DNA of 64,000 nt from an uncultured cyanobacterium (GCA_963703315.1 OY969811.1:1696001-1760000); one strand, 5' to 3'; counted from the stretch's first letter, positions 1 through 10,474 are shown. Translations and numbers: made by a program. Notes: generated by a model not told the origin, from the sequence alone.

Positions 1-3000
1 ACGAGGAATTGCATGACCCTTAACGATCGCATTGAGAGCTTCGTTACGACCTGTCATATCATCAGACTTAACCGTGAGCAATTCTTGAAGAATATAGGCA
101 GCACCGAAAGCTTCCAGCGCCCATACTTCCATTTCTCCAAAACGCTGACCACCCTGTTGGGCTTTACCACCAAGAGGCTGCTGCGTAACTAGTGAGTAAG
201 GACCAGTGGAACGAGCATGGATCTTGTCATCGACAAGGTGGACTAGTTTCAGCATATATGCCTTGCCAACGGTCACAGGTTGATCGAATGGCTCACCAGT
301 ACGTCCATCATAGACAGTTAACTTACCAGGAGAATCTTCATTGAAGATCCAATCTCTGCCAGTACGTCTTTTTGCTTCTTCTAGCTGACCATGAACAAGT
401 TCACGGGATGCTTCTTCACCATACATTTCATCGAATGGCACGATTTTGAAGCGTGAGTTGAGGTTCTCCCCAGCCCAGCCCAGCAAGCATTCAAAAACTT
501 GACCAACGTTCATCCGTGAAGGTACACCCAGAGGGTTCAACACAATGTCAAGGGGAGTACCGTCGGGCAAGAACGGCATATCTTCCTTCGGTAAAATTCG
601 AGAAATAATTCCCTTATTACCGTGACGACCTGCCATCTTGTCACCAACTTGGATCTTGCGTTTTTGGGCGACATAAACACGGACGACCATGTTGGCCCCA
701 GGGGGTAACTCATCGCCTTGTTCGCGAGTAAATACGCGCACATCGACAACACGACCCTTTTCGCCGTTAGGTACGCGCAAAGAGTTATCTCTTACATCAC
801 GCGCCTTCTCACCAAAGATTGCTCTGAGAAGTTTTTCTTCAGGAGGCTGATCGGATTCCCCCTTAGGTGTGACCTTACCAACGAGAATTTCTCCAGAACT
901 GACCCAAGCACCAATGCGGATAATGCCCTGTTCATCAAGGTTACGGAGCGAATCTTCACCAACGTTTGGAATTTCGCGGGTGATTTCTTCAGGTCCTAGC
1001 TTGGTTTGTCTTGCTTCGATTTCATACTTCTCAACGTGAATCGAAGTATAAACATCATCAATTACTAGACGCTCATTGATTAAAATTGCGTCTTCGTAGT
1101 TGTAGCCTTCCCAAGGCATATAGGCAACCAGAATATTCTGACCGAGGGCAATTTCACCGCCTTCCGTTGCCGAGCCATCGGCTAGCACTTGACCCGCCAC
1201 AACCGTATCGCCAACCCAAACTAGAGGACGCTGATTTAAGCAGGTATCTTGGTTCGATCGCTGATATTTTTGCAGACGGTAGATGCTTTCTAGTCCCGTA
1301 TCATCAGCTTTAACGCGAATTTCATCGGCAGAGACATAGGAGACTTCACCTGTAACACGGGAAACAATCACCATCCCTGAGTCACGGGCAGCCTGTGCTT
1401 CCAGACCAGTACCAACGAGGGGACGTTCAGGACGCAAAAGTGGAACCGCTTGACGTTGCATATTCGATCCCATCAGGGCTCGGTTAGCGTCATCATGCTC
1501 AAGGAATGGAATCAGCGATGTTGCCACCGAGATAATCTGTACGGGTGAAACCGCTACATAGTCGATTTCTTCAGGGGAAGCTGTACCCCATTCTTGACGA
1601 TAGCGAATCGGCACAATTTCGTTAAAAATGTAACCTTCATCATTAGTCGCTACGTCACCAGGGGCAACGCGGAATTCATCTTCCTCGTCTGCTGTCATAT
1701 AGACTGGCTCTTGATTCTTCAGTACCTTGCCATTTTCAACGGCATAGTAAGGAGTCTCAATGAAGCCGTACTGGTTAACACGGGCGTGGGTTGCCAAGGA
1801 ACCGATCAGACCTGCGTTAGGACCTTCAGGCGTTTCGATCGGGCAGATGCGACCATAGTGGCTAGGGTGAATATCCCGCACCGCAAAGCCTGCGCGTTCA
1901 CGGGTGAGACCACCAGGACCAAGGGCGCTAAGACGGCGCTTGTGGGTAAGTTCAGCGAGAGGATTGGTTTGATCCATGAACTGAGACAGTTGGCTAGAAC
2001 CAAAGAATTCCTTGATCGCGGCTACCAAAGGTTTAGGGTTGACCAATGATGCAGGCGTAAGGGCATCGACATCAGAAACAGTCATCCGTTCCCGAATGAT
2101 TCTTTCGAGACGGTTTAAGCCGACCCGAACTTGGTTTTGCAGTAGCTCGCCGACGGAACGAACGCGGCGATTACCTAAGTGGTCAATGTCGTCAATTTCA
2201 CCAATATCGAACTTGAGGTTAATCAAGTAGTTAATGGCGGTGAGAATATCTTTTTCAGTTAATACTCTGGTGCTATCAGGAGTATTCAAACGCAATTTCT
2301 TGTTGAGCTTGTAACGTCCGACTTTGCCGAGGTCATAACGTTTGGGGTCAAAGAAGCGCGATCGCAACAGTTCACGACCACCAGACTCTGTTGGTGGCTC
2401 ACCGGGGCGCAACTTGCGATAAAGCTCTTTGAGGGCTTCGTCTTCGTCAAACTGCCCTTCTTTGTCAATGGTCTTTTGGAAGTACTCACGGTGAGTCAGC
2501 GCGTCCAAAATCTCGGCATCACTTAAGCCGATCGCTTTGAGTAATACCTGTGCCGAAAGTTTACGGGTTTTGTCAATGCGTACCCAGACAAGATCATTTT
2601 TATCTGTCTCAAACTTAAGCCATGCGCCTCGGTTAGGAATTAGGCTGGCGTTGTAGGTACGGCGACCATTCTTGTCAATTTCTTGCTTGTAATAAACCCC
2701 AGGACTACGGACGATCTGATTGACGATGACTCGCTCAGCGCCGTTAATAATAAAGGTTCCACGATCTGTCATCAGGGGCAGATCGCCAATAAAAACTTCT
2801 TGCTCTTTTATTTCTCCTGTTTCTTTATTAATAAGCCTCGTGGGAACGTACATCTGTACGGCATAGGTGGCATCCCGACGTTTGGACTCATCAACACTAT
2901 ATTTTGGACGCTTGAGTTTATAATCTTTGGCAATAAAATGGAGTTCCATTTTGCCCGTATAATCTGTAATCGGTGAGAAACTCTCAAGCTCTTCAATAAG

Positions 3001-3093
3001 TCCTTCTTCTAGGAACCATCGAAAACTCTCCCGCTGGATTTCTACAAGATCTGGTAGAACGAAGGCAGGAGTAACAAGAGTAGGCTTATTCAT
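1..3093 (-). CDS. rpoB: DNA-directed RNA polymerase beta subunit (3' end runs off the window)
   Basis: ATG at 3093 gives [28 protein letters not shown]; downstream motifs [12 protein letters not shown] and [21 protein letters not shown]; absent from the ORF track because the stop lies outside the window. Confidence 0.98.
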   Translation of the reverse strand, partial: MNKPTLVTPAFVLPDLVEIQRESFRWFLEEGLIEELESFSPITDYTGKMELHFIAKDYKLKRPKYSVDESKRRDATYAVQMYVPTRLINKETGEIKEQEVFIGDLPLMTDRGTFIINGAERVIVNQIVRSPGVYYKQEIDKNGRRTYNASLIPNRGAWLKFETDKNDLVWVRIDKTRKLSAQVLLKAIGLSDAEILDALTHREYFQKTIDKEGQFDEDEALKELYRKLRPGEPPTESGGRELLRSRFFDPKRYDLGKVGRYKLNKKLRLNTPDSTRVLTEKDILTAINYLINLKFDIGEIDDIDHLGNRRVRSVGELLQNQVRVGLNRLERIIRERMTVSDVDALTPASLVNPKPLVAAIKEFFGSSQLSQFMDQTNPLAELTHKRRLSALGPGGLTRERAGFAVRDIHPSHYGRICPIETPEGPNAGLIGSLATHARVNQYGFIETPYYAVENGKVLKNQEPVYMTADEEDEFRVAPGDVATNDEGYIFNEIVPIRYRQEWGTASPEEIDYVAVSPVQIISVATSLIPFLEHDDANRALMGSNMQRQAVPLLRPERPLVGTGLEAQAARDSGMVIVSRVTGEVSYVSADEIRVKADDTGLESIYRLQKYQRSNQDTCLNQRPLVWVGDTVVAGQVLADGSATEGGEIALGQNILVAYMPWEGYNYEDAILINERLVIDDVYTSIHVEKYEIEARQTKLGPEEITREIPNVGEDSLRNLDEQGIIRIGAWVSSGEILVGKVTPKGESDQPPEEKLLRAIFGEKARDVRDNSLRVPNGEKGRVVDVRVFTREQGDELPPGANMVVRVYVAQKRKIQVGDKMAGRHGNKGIISRILPKEDMPFLPDGTPLDIVLNPLGVPSRMNVGQVFECLLGWAGENLNSRFKIVPFDEMYGEEASRELVHGQLEEAKRRTGRDWIFNEDSPGKLTVYDGRTGEPFDQPVTVGKAYMLKLVHLVDDKIHARSTGPYSLVTQQPLGGKAQQGGQRFGEMEVWALEAFGAAYILQELLTVKSDDMTGRNEALNAIVKGHAIPR

Positions 3094-3216
3094 GCACTAA
3101 TGACTGCAGTTTTAGTGGGCGGAGTATATGTCTAGGTTTTACTCAAGACATAAGCACACCATCATAAAGTGGTTATGATCCAATTGTCAAGCAATAATAA
3201 TGTTTGTCACGCAAAT

Positions 3217-3342
3217 TACAGCACTTTGCGCTGAATAAAAACCCTGATAAATTTTTAAAAGCCGAAATAAATAATACGGAATTGTTTCCCCGCCGAAGGC
3301 GGGGAAACAATTCCGTACTTCACTAGACTGTGAAACGCTATA
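3217..3342. mobile_element. MITE/REP-like element with CCCCGCC-GAA-GGCGGGG hairpin, ending GAAACGCTATA
   Basis: 20-bp perfect arms; right end matches the inverted start of the element at 34809 (TATAGCGTTTCAC); related hairpins near 12800 and 33715. Confidence 0.6.
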
Positions 3343-3892
3343 AATGGGCAGAGGGGATTGATTTGACTAGTTTTAGTACTGAGTTTCTGAGGTTGTGTAG
3401 TGTTTGTTGATCCTCTTCTTCAGATGGATAGGAGTCATCAGGTGATGCCTCTTTAATTTCTTGTTTTTGGGTAGATGCCTTTTGATCGAGGCGATCGCAC
3501 AAAGCATCTAAATGAGTAACTAAGTTCACAGGTAAATGTGGTACAACCAAGTCCAGATTTGGATGATTGGGCAAATCTTCACAGGGACAGCAAACGGGTG
3601 CGCGTGGTCCCACGTCGATGGTAGGTACAAGTAGATTACAACGAGCGCAAGCAATTATTTCCCATTGATTGCTCAGTAGATCACTGATGGTCTGATCTGT
3701 ACCAGTCAAATATGCTTCTTGAGCTTTGGCTTCACTAATTTCATTCCAGAGTTTATTAAATAAAGGCGAATATTTTTCACCTTGGAGGATCTTATGAATA
3801 TAAACTGGCTTACTTTGGGCAGCAATGCTAACTGTTTTGCCCATCTGCATCCATTGAGCGAGATAGTTTTTGACTAAGGTTCGTGATGCCAT
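3338..3892 (-). CDS. Hypothetical protein with CxxC and CCPC motifs
   Basis: 184-aa ORF with ATG start. Confidence 0.75.
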   Translation of the reverse strand: MASRTLVKNYLAQWMQMGKTVSIAAQSKPVYIHKILQGEKYSPLFNKLWNEISEAKAQEAYLTGTDQTISDLLSNQWEIIACARCNLLVPTIDVGPRAPVCCPCEDLPNHPNLDLVVPHLPVNLVTHLDALCDRLDQKASTQKQEIKEASPDDSYPSEEEDQQTLHNLRNSVLKLVKSIPSAHL

Positions 3893-4149
3893 AAATTGAG
3901 AACCTTTTGAATAATAATCAACATGATTTTGGGATGTAGGTAATCCAGCAGATTGCTAGCCAGCTCAACTACTAAATTTTGTAAAAAGCATTGTCCATCA
4001 ATATTTTTAGCAAAAATTTTAGTTTTACTACATCACAAAGCAGCGCAAATACCCCTGTCATAGTTAATATAGTCTGAGAGCTTCATAAATAATCTGAATA
4101 AATCTTTATATTTTGTCAATCACCTATCTTGTCCATCGGTTATTAAGCT

Positions 4150-4926
4150 ATGCTCGATACTTTCTCAGACCCTGCATCCCAAGCCCTGAATTCTATGGGT
4201 GAACCATCGGTACGAATTCGTGATTTAAATTTTCATTATGGTGAAGGGGATTTATTTAAGCAGGTTCTATTTGATATCAATTTAGACATTTATCCTGGGC
4301 AAATTGTAATCCTTACAGGACCATCAGGTTCAGGGAAAACTACGCTTTTGACTTTAATCGGGGCTTTACGGACGATTCAAGATGGTAGTTTGCGAGTTTT
4401 GGGACAAGAACTTAGAGGTTTACATCCAAAAAAGCTAGTGCAGATTCGGAAGAATATTGGTTTTATTTTCCAAGCGCATAATCTTTTTCATTCGTTGACT
4501 GCTAGACAAAATGTAATGATGTCAACGGATCTCTATCCCCATGATTTCCATGATTTTGCTCCTGCAAGTCGAGCGGCGGAGATTCTGGGACAGCTTGGTT
4601 TAGCAGAAAGAGTGGACTATAAACCCCATGCTCTATCAGGTGGACAAAAACAACGGGTAGCGATCGCCCGTGCATTAGTCAATCATCCCAAATTAATTCT
4701 CGCCGATGAGCCAACGGCGGCGTTGGACAAAAAATCAGGGCGCGATGTGGTGACGTTGATGCAAAAAATGGCAAAGGAGGAAAATATTACGATTTTGATG
4801 GTCACCCATGATAATCGCATCCTCGATGTTGCCGATCGCATTATCAACTTAGTAGACGGTAATCTCGAATCAGATAATGTCGTGAATACAGATGTAACTA
4901 ATGATGCACGTACATTTATGTTGTAA
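4150..4926 (+). CDS. DevA-family ABC transporter ATP-binding protein
   Basis: GPSGSGKT, GFIFQAHNL, LSGGQKQR, ILADEPT. Confidence 0.9.
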   Translation: MLDTFSDPASQALNSMGEPSVRIRDLNFHYGEGDLFKQVLFDINLDIYPGQIVILTGPSGSGKTTLLTLIGALRTIQDGSLRVLGQELRGLHPKKLVQIRKNIGFIFQAHNLFHSLTARQNVMMSTDLYPHDFHDFAPASRAAEILGQLGLAERVDYKPHALSGGQKQRVAIARALVNHPKLILADEPTAALDKKSGRDVVTLMQKMAKEENITILMVTHDNRILDVADRIINLVDGNLESDNVVNTDVTNDARTFML

Positions 4927-4938
4927 AGAAGCTAATAG

Positions 4939-4999
4939 TAATGTCAAGCAAAAAGAAAAAGGGACGCAAAGCGTCCCTTTTTCTTTTTGCTTGACATTA
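4939..4999. terminator. Perfect 29-bp-arm hairpin (loop AAA), possible bidirectional terminator or REP
   Basis: TAATGTCAAGCAAAAAGAAAAAGGGACGC-aaa-exact reverse complement. Confidence 0.6.
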
Positions 5000-5026
5000 T
5001 CCTCTCAAAACGAGAGGATAATGTCA
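4991..5026 (+). promoter_or_regulatory. Probable higBA promoter/operator
   Basis: TTGACA overlapped by a perfect 15-bp inverted repeat TGACATTATCCTCTC-aaaac-GAGAGGATAATGTCA upstream of the TA pair. Confidence 0.6.
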
Positions 5027-5084
5027 TCAGGTAAAACACGAAGGGTATACACATGAATATGAAAATTAATACTAGGAATAAAAT

Positions 5085-5262
5085 ATGCGAATTTATTCTA
5101 AGAAAACCCTTGATGAATTTGGAAGAACTCATGCCGATGTAGCTACTGCCTTAAATAGCTGGCATCAAGTTGCAAAATCTGCATCATGTTATCTATATCA
5201 AATATGTTCTAACTCACGCTGAGTATGACTCAGGTAGGTGGAAAAATGACCCTTACTATTAA
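5085..5262 (+). pseudogene. higB: HigB-family toxin with internal deletion and frameshift
   Basis: N-terminus MRIYSKKTLDEFGRTHADVATALNSWHQVAKSAS is joined at ~5188 (+1 frame) to the C-terminus VIYIKYVLTHAEYDSGRWKNDPYY*; the middle is missing. Confidence 0.85.
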
Positions 5263-5644
5263 TCGAAAAGCTTATGGTGATTTGCTAGCCGAGATTCAGC
5301 CTCATGTAATTACTAATGATGCTGAAAATGAAATTGCATTGCAAAACATGGAAAGATTGTTAGCACTTCCTCAGCCAACTGCTGAAGAAGAGAGGATTTT
5401 GCAATTGCTGCTGACATTGATTGAAAAATATGAAAATGAACATTATCCAATGGATGATGCTTCACCGCTTGATGTTCTCTTACATTTAATGGAAGCAAAT
5501 AATTTAAAACAAGCTGATCTAGTTAATGTGATTGGCTCAAGTGGCGTTGTGTCTGAAGTGGTCAATGGCAAGCGTCAAATCAGCAAAAAACAAGCACAAT
5601 CGCTTGGAAAATTCTTTCATGTTGATCCTAAATTGTTTTTGTAG
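5246..5644 (+). CDS. higA: HigA-family antitoxin (C-terminal HTH)
   Basis: LLTLIEKYE, LKQADL..IGSSGVVSEVVNGKRQISK; ATG overlaps the end of higB. Confidence 0.9.
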   Translation: MTLTINRKAYGDLLAEIQPHVITNDAENEIALQNMERLLALPQPTAEEERILQLLLTLIEKYENEHYPMDDASPLDVLLHLMEANNLKQADLVNVIGSSGVVSEVVNGKRQISKKQAQSLGKFFHVDPKLFL

Positions 5645-6236
5645 TCACGAAATCTAGAAGAACGCCGAGAATCTTGCCAATGTCAGTGATGTAGTAATCA
5701 GTTAAATCAATCGCTACTGTTTGCTCGATAATTTTCAAAAACTTCCAGATTTCCCCAGTGGTAACAATGCCGTAAATGGTATCAATATCATTATTTTCTA
5801 GCTCATTAAATAATTGAGCCGCCACCATCTCAGCAATACATTGCCCTAATCCTGATTTGATATCTTCATTTTTGGCTTCGACAATAGCAACAACTGGGGT
5901 GCTAATCCTCAGTTGTTGCTTGGACAAACTAATTAAATAATCGCAATAGCCTGTTAACCCTTGTTCAGGACTGACGCTAAATTCTGTGCCAGAAAATAGG
6001 CTGATCGGAACTGGCGATCGCCTTCTTAGCTCCAGCAATATCGGCGCAATCAGAAACTCTGATCGCGCTTTTTCAGTGTTAATCGCAAGAGCAAGGGGAA
6101 TGTTTTCGGCTAATAGTTTTTTGATTTCGTCACTAGGGGCGATCGCTTCAACATCGGCAAACAGATCAATTTGTTCTTCAATTTGTAAATGAAAATCCTT
6201 TTCGACTTGTCTTAGAGTGAAGTTGCTATATGCCAT
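5628..6236 (-). CDS. Conserved cyanobacterial protein, PD-(D/E)xK-like fold
   Basis: EKARSEFLIAPIL, GYCDY, VEAK, GLGQCIAEMVAAQ, YGIVTTGEIWKF. Confidence 0.75.
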   Translation of the reverse strand: MAYSNFTLRQVEKDFHLQIEEQIDLFADVEAIAPSDEIKKLLAENIPLALAINTEKARSEFLIAPILLELRRRSPVPISLFSGTEFSVSPEQGLTGYCDYLISLSKQQLRISTPVVAIVEAKNEDIKSGLGQCIAEMVAAQLFNELENNDIDTIYGIVTTGEIWKFLKIIEQTVAIDLTDYYITDIGKILGVLLDFVTTKTI

Positions 6237-6256
6237 AGAATTCTCATGTTGAGTAC

Positions 6257-6514
6257 TTATTTATCGAGGCGGACAACGTACCATTGCCATGTACCGCGAT
6301 CGCCACAATCTAGATCACAGGCAGTTTTAATTAAACGCTGGACTTGTTCAGGAATGGTTTTCAGATTTTGTAAATCACGGGGCAATGCGTCTTGAATATC
6401 GACAAGCAAATCATGCAAAATCTGTTCTAATTCTGGCTGATTAACAAACTGTTCTTGCATATCAGGAGGCAGCACCACGTAAGTGTCTTCGTAGTACATC
6501 ATGCTGCTTGGCAT
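6257..6514 (-). CDS. Chlororespiratory reduction 7 (CRR7) family protein
   Basis: MYYEDTYVVL..EQF..LPRDL..LIKTACDLD..QWYVVRL. Confidence 0.8.
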   Translation of the reverse strand: MPSSMMYYEDTYVVLPPDMQEQFVNQPELEQILHDLLVDIQDALPRDLQNLKTIPEQVQRLIKTACDLDCGDRGTWQWYVVRLDK

Positions 6515-6599
6515 ATAGTCTCTCAGTTAGTGAATTTTTTTTATTTAAAGAGCGTAAAAGTGGCACTATACGCCGCCTATACTCGGTTAAAATTTTAGC

Positions 6600-7208
6600 A
6601 TGACGAATGAATTGCCTTTTGAACAACCCTTAGAGTCAATTGAGCTAGAGCCTGAAGAATCTTTGGAGCTTGAAGATCCAGTACAACCATTGGCTTTACC
6701 AATTGATTTGTATGAACAGCCTGAATTACCGATCGCCAATTCCCTTAAGCAAAAAGTGGAAGCAGTTTTATATTTGAAAGGGCAACCGATGAATTTGGCA
6801 GCGATCGCGGCGGCTTTGGGTTGCGAAATTGAGGATGCGGAAATGGGGCTAATCGACTTAATCTCTGAGTATGCCCATCGCGATAGTGCCTTAGAAATTG
6901 TGGAAACTGATGTGGGTTTTTCTTTGCGCTTGCGGTCAGAATTTGAGGATTTAGTACATAAACTGATTCCTGTAGATATCGGTAGAGGCGCTTTACGAAC
7001 TTTGGCAGCGATCGCCCTCAAAAAAAATATTGTGCAGTCAGAGCTAATCGAATTACGTGGCGCTGGAGCCTATCAACACGTACAGGATTTAGTCGAGCAG
7101 GGATTTGTGAAAAAGAAGCGCCAAGCCGAGGGGCGATCGTCCGTATTACAGGTAACAGCAAAATTTCATCAGTATTTTGAAATCGACGATTTAACAAAGT
7201 TAATCTAA
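6600..7208 (+). CDS. scpB: SMC-Scp complex subunit ScpB
   Basis: VEAVLY, ALRTLAAIA, ELIELRG, VTAKFHQYF. Confidence 0.92.
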   Translation: MTNELPFEQPLESIELEPEESLELEDPVQPLALPIDLYEQPELPIANSLKQKVEAVLYLKGQPMNLAAIAAALGCEIEDAEMGLIDLISEYAHRDSALEIVETDVGFSLRLRSEFEDLVHKLIPVDIGRGALRTLAAIALKKNIVQSELIELRGAGAYQHVQDLVEQGFVKKKRQAEGRSSVLQVTAKFHQYFEIDDLTKLI

Positions 7209-7338
7209 AACATAAATAGCAGCGCAAAGCGCCGCTATTTATGTTTTAGGTTTAATGGTTAAGAACTGCTTAACACTGGTACGATCTAAGTATGGGGCTT
7301 TCTCTTCTACCCAACCTAATGTATTGCGTATAACTGCT

Positions 7339-8862
7339 ATGTTGCCAGACTATTCTGACCATTCTGTTTTTGCTGATGAGATGCCTGACAATTTTTTAAA
7401 TCCTAGCAATCTTCATGATCTCGCTAGGGACAACGATCCCGATATGGATAAACCACAAGAAGCTTGTGGTGTTTTTGGAGTATTAGCGGCAGAAGGGGAT
7501 GTTGCGAAGCTCGTGTATTTTGGACTGTATGCCTTACAGCATCGTGGACAGGAGTCCGCAGGGATTACTGTGTATGATGATCACGGTACAACCCATACCT
7601 ACAAAGCGATGGGTTTAGTTGCTCAAGTCTTTAATGAGCAGATTTTATCGGAAATGAAGGGGGCTTTAGCGATCGGGCATAACCGTTATTCGACTACAGG
7701 TTCGAGTAAGGTTTGTAATGCTCAGCCGATTGTGGTGAAAACCAGATTAGGAGATTTTTCATTAGCCCATAACGGTAACTTGGTGAATGCCACTGAGTTA
7801 CGGGCTGAACTTTCTGCTCAAGGTCATGCCCTCGAATCAACTACGGATTCGGAAGGAATTGCTTTTGCCGTTAGTGAGGCAGTCGAAGAGGGCAAAGATT
7901 GGCAAGAGGCGATCGTTACTGCGTTGCAACGTTGTCATGGTGCTTTTAGTTTAATCATGGCGATACCTAATGCGATTATAGGGGCGAGAGATGCCTATGG
8001 CGTAAGACCATTGGTAATTGGCAAGACCCCAGATGGTTCCTATGTTTTATCTTCGGAAACTTGTGGTTTAGACATCATTGGTGCGGAATATGTACGCGAG
8101 GTGCAACCAGGAGAACTAGTAATTATTACTATGGAAAATGGGATGCAATCTCTGCAATGGGAAGAGCCTAAGCCAAAACTTTGTGTGTTCGAGATGATTT
8201 ATTTTGCACGACCCGATAGTGTCATGCATGATGAAAGCCTTTATACCTATCGAATGCGGATCGGGCGTGAACTAGCTAAAGAAAGTTTCGTGGATGCTGA
8301 TATTGTGATTGGCGTGCCTGATTCAGGCATTCCTGCGGCGATCGGCTTTTCCCGTGAGTCAGGAATTCCTTACGCTGAAGGGTTGATCAAAAACCGCTAT
8401 GTGGGACGTACTTTCATCCAACCAACCCAAGCGATGCGCGAGTCTGGCATTCGGATGAAGCTGAACACACTCAAGGATGTTTTACGAGGAAAACGTGTAA
8501 TTGTGATCGATGATTCGATCGTAAGGGGAACTACCAGTCGTAAAATAGTAAGAGCATTGCGTGAAGCTGGTGCAACTGAAGTACATATGCGTATTTCTTC
8601 ACCACCTGTGACTCACCCTTGTTTTTATGGTATTGATACGGACTCGCAAGATCATTTGATTGCTTCGCATAACTCTGTTGAGGCGATCGCCAAGCAGATT
8701 GAGGTGGATACGCTGGCGTATCTCAGTCACGATGCAATGTTAAAGGCGACAGAGATTGATACCACGCATTTTTGCACGGCTTGTTTTACAGGAAAATATC
8801 CGATTGAAGTTCCTGATAAGCTCAAGCGCACCAAACTTATGCTAGAAAATACGGCAACATGA
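7339..8862 (+). CDS. purF: Amidophosphoribosyltransferase (start uncertain; ORF open from 7255)
   Basis: EACGVFG, LQHRGQESAG, HNGNLVN, IDDSIVRGTT, CFYGID. Confidence 0.97.
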   Translation: MLPDYSDHSVFADEMPDNFLNPSNLHDLARDNDPDMDKPQEACGVFGVLAAEGDVAKLVYFGLYALQHRGQESAGITVYDDHGTTHTYKAMGLVAQVFNEQILSEMKGALAIGHNRYSTTGSSKVCNAQPIVVKTRLGDFSLAHNGNLVNATELRAELSAQGHALESTTDSEGIAFAVSEAVEEGKDWQEAIVTALQRCHGAFSLIMAIPNAIIGARDAYGVRPLVIGKTPDGSYVLSSETCGLDIIGAEYVREVQPGELVIITMENGMQSLQWEEPKPKLCVFEMIYFARPDSVMHDESLYTYRMRIGRELAKESFVDADIVIGVPDSGIPAAIGFSRESGIPYAEGLIKNRYVGRTFIQPTQAMRESGIRMKLNTLKDVLRGKRVIVIDDSIVRGTTSRKIVRALREAGATEVHMRISSPPVTHPCFYGIDTDSQDHLIASHNSVEAIAKQIEVDTLAYLSHDAMLKATEIDTTHFCTACFTGKYPIEVPDKLKRTKLMLENTAT

Positions 8863-9320
8863 CCAAGATCCTCTTTCATCTCGCATTTCCAGTCAAAGAT
8901 ATTCCAAGCACCAAAGCTTTTTATATTGATGGGTTGGGTTGTCTGGCAGGACGCGAGTCAAATGACTCGCTGATCATGAGTTTGTACGGTCACCAGTTGG
9001 TAGCCCATGTTGTTCACGAATCACTCGACTCTCAACGTGGGATTTATCCACGACATTTCGGCTTAGTTTTCTATTCTGAAAGTAACTGGATGGCTCTATT
9101 AGAGAAAGTCCATGATAAGCATCTGAAGTTTTATCAAAAGCCGAAAGTTCGCTTTGTGGATACACCTTTAGAACATCGAACTTTTTTCTTGGCTGATCAT
9201 TCAGGCAATATTCTGGAGTTCAAGCATTACAAGTTTGAAACGGCAATTTTTGGTGAAACTAATTTCCATGAAGTCGGTGATGCAGATCTTGCTCAACAGA
9301 TTCCTGTAGTTACACATTAA
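8859..9320 (+). CDS. VOC/glyoxalase family protein
   Basis: FHLAFPV, GHQLVAH, YPRHFG, SGNILEFK; 4-bp overlap with purF. Confidence 0.85.
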   Translation: MTKILFHLAFPVKDIPSTKAFYIDGLGCLAGRESNDSLIMSLYGHQLVAHVVHESLDSQRGIYPRHFGLVFYSESNWMALLEKVHDKHLKFYQKPKVRFVDTPLEHRTFFLADHSGNILEFKHYKFETAIFGETNFHEVGDADLAQQIPVVTH

Positions 9321-9331
9321 AATTTGAAGAA

Positions 9332-9517
9332 CTACAAACAAAAAGAGATGGCGCTAGCGCCATCTCTTTTTGTTTGAGGGTTAATCCCTTCTTTTAGTTT
9401 TTTACGAAGCATTTGCAATTGTTTTTTCTTTTGGCGTTGACGAGCAGAGCCGCCTTTACCTTTATCATTTCTCCCTTCTTTGCGTGGAGATTCCCATCGC
9501 TTTAGTCTTTGGCTCAT
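9332..9517 (-). CDS. Small basic hypothetical protein
   Basis: 61-aa K/R-rich ORF with ATG and AGGT upstream. Confidence 0.55.
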   Translation of the reverse strand: MSQRLKRWESPRKEGRNDKGKGGSARQRQKKKQLQMLRKKLKEGINPQTKRDGASAISFCL

Positions 9518-9735
9518 ATTGATTACCTAAAGTTATAATTTTCAGAAGTTAATTAGTTTAGAGTGATGGCACAAAGTGTCGCCACTTTAAACTAACTAGA
9601 TTTGGTGTGATGGCTTGATTGGGGTTTAGTCAAATACTATCCCAGCGTTAATATACTTGAGGCAACTTAGATATTGCTATCACTCTTCAGAATGAAAATA
9701 GAATGAGAGCATATTTTCCATGCAGTCTTAACTAT

Positions 9736-10086
9736 TTAGGCTAATTTTTGTTTAATCTCTTCAGGGTTTCTAAAGCCGATCGCGATCGCTTTACCATCTT
9801 TGACAAATAAAGGACGTTTTAGCAACATCGAATCTTTGGCATAGGCTTCAATCCATTGGATATGTGACCATGTTTCTTTTTCAGTGCCAAGCGATCGATA
9901 GGATTGACCTGATGTATTTCGCATGGCTCTTTCCCCCAATGTATTTACCCATTCAGCGATCATAGTTCTAGCAGGTGGATAGTCTTTAGTGTTGATAAAT
10001 TCGTATGCAACGCCTTGATTGTCTAACCACGCGATCACTTTTTTACAAGTTCCACAATTAGGGATGCCATAGACTTGAATAGACAT
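9736..10086 (-). CDS. Spx/MgsR/ArsC family protein
   Basis: YGIPNCGTCKK, NTSGQSYR, MLLKRP. Confidence 0.9.
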   Translation of the reverse strand: MSIQVYGIPNCGTCKKVIAWLDNQGVAYEFINTKDYPPARTMIAEWVNTLGERAMRNTSGQSYRSLGTEKETWSHIQWIEAYAKDSMLLKRPLFVKDGKAIAIGFRNPEEIKQKLA

Positions 10087-10249
10087 AGATTTACTCGGTT
10101 ATAGATTTCATCAGATTATGGCTAGTTACTTTATATCTGCAACTCTACAACAATACTACGGACAAAATTAAGCAGCAATAAATCTGTAAGAGCAAAGCAT
10201 AGAAAAATTAAGACAATATTTAATCACAGAATGGTCTAAGTCTAACAGG

Positions 10250-10358
10250 TATAGCTGTAGTCAGTTATGTTAGGACAAAACCAAAACCCAAAAGAGAGTG
10301 GCGGCGCTTCGCGCCGCCACTCTCTTTTGGGTTTTATATCTTAACTTGCTTGGCTATA
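10250..10358. mobile_element. TATAGC-bounded MITE family A (central AAAAGAGAGTGGCGGCGC hairpin)
   Basis: Near-identical inverted copy at 33776-33890; partial copies at 21885-21968 and 24658-24745. Confidence 0.75.
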
Positions 10359-10418
10359 GGTGGATTTTTGATATGCAATCTCAGAAGAAAATAATACTGT
10401 TGTATCCCAGTCGATTAG

Positions 10419-10474
10419 ATTTACGCAAGCCAGTTAAATTCGTAAGCTTACGAATTTAACTGGCTTGCGTAAAT
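10419..10474. repeat. Perfect 56-bp loopless palindrome
   Basis: ATTTACGCAAGCCAGTTAAATTCGTAAG|CTTACGAATTTAACTGGCTTGCGTAAAT. Confidence 0.95.

Noticed and set aside
537..2996. Short ORFs listed in the track across 537-2996
   Set aside because: They are antisense or alternate-frame shadows of rpoB.
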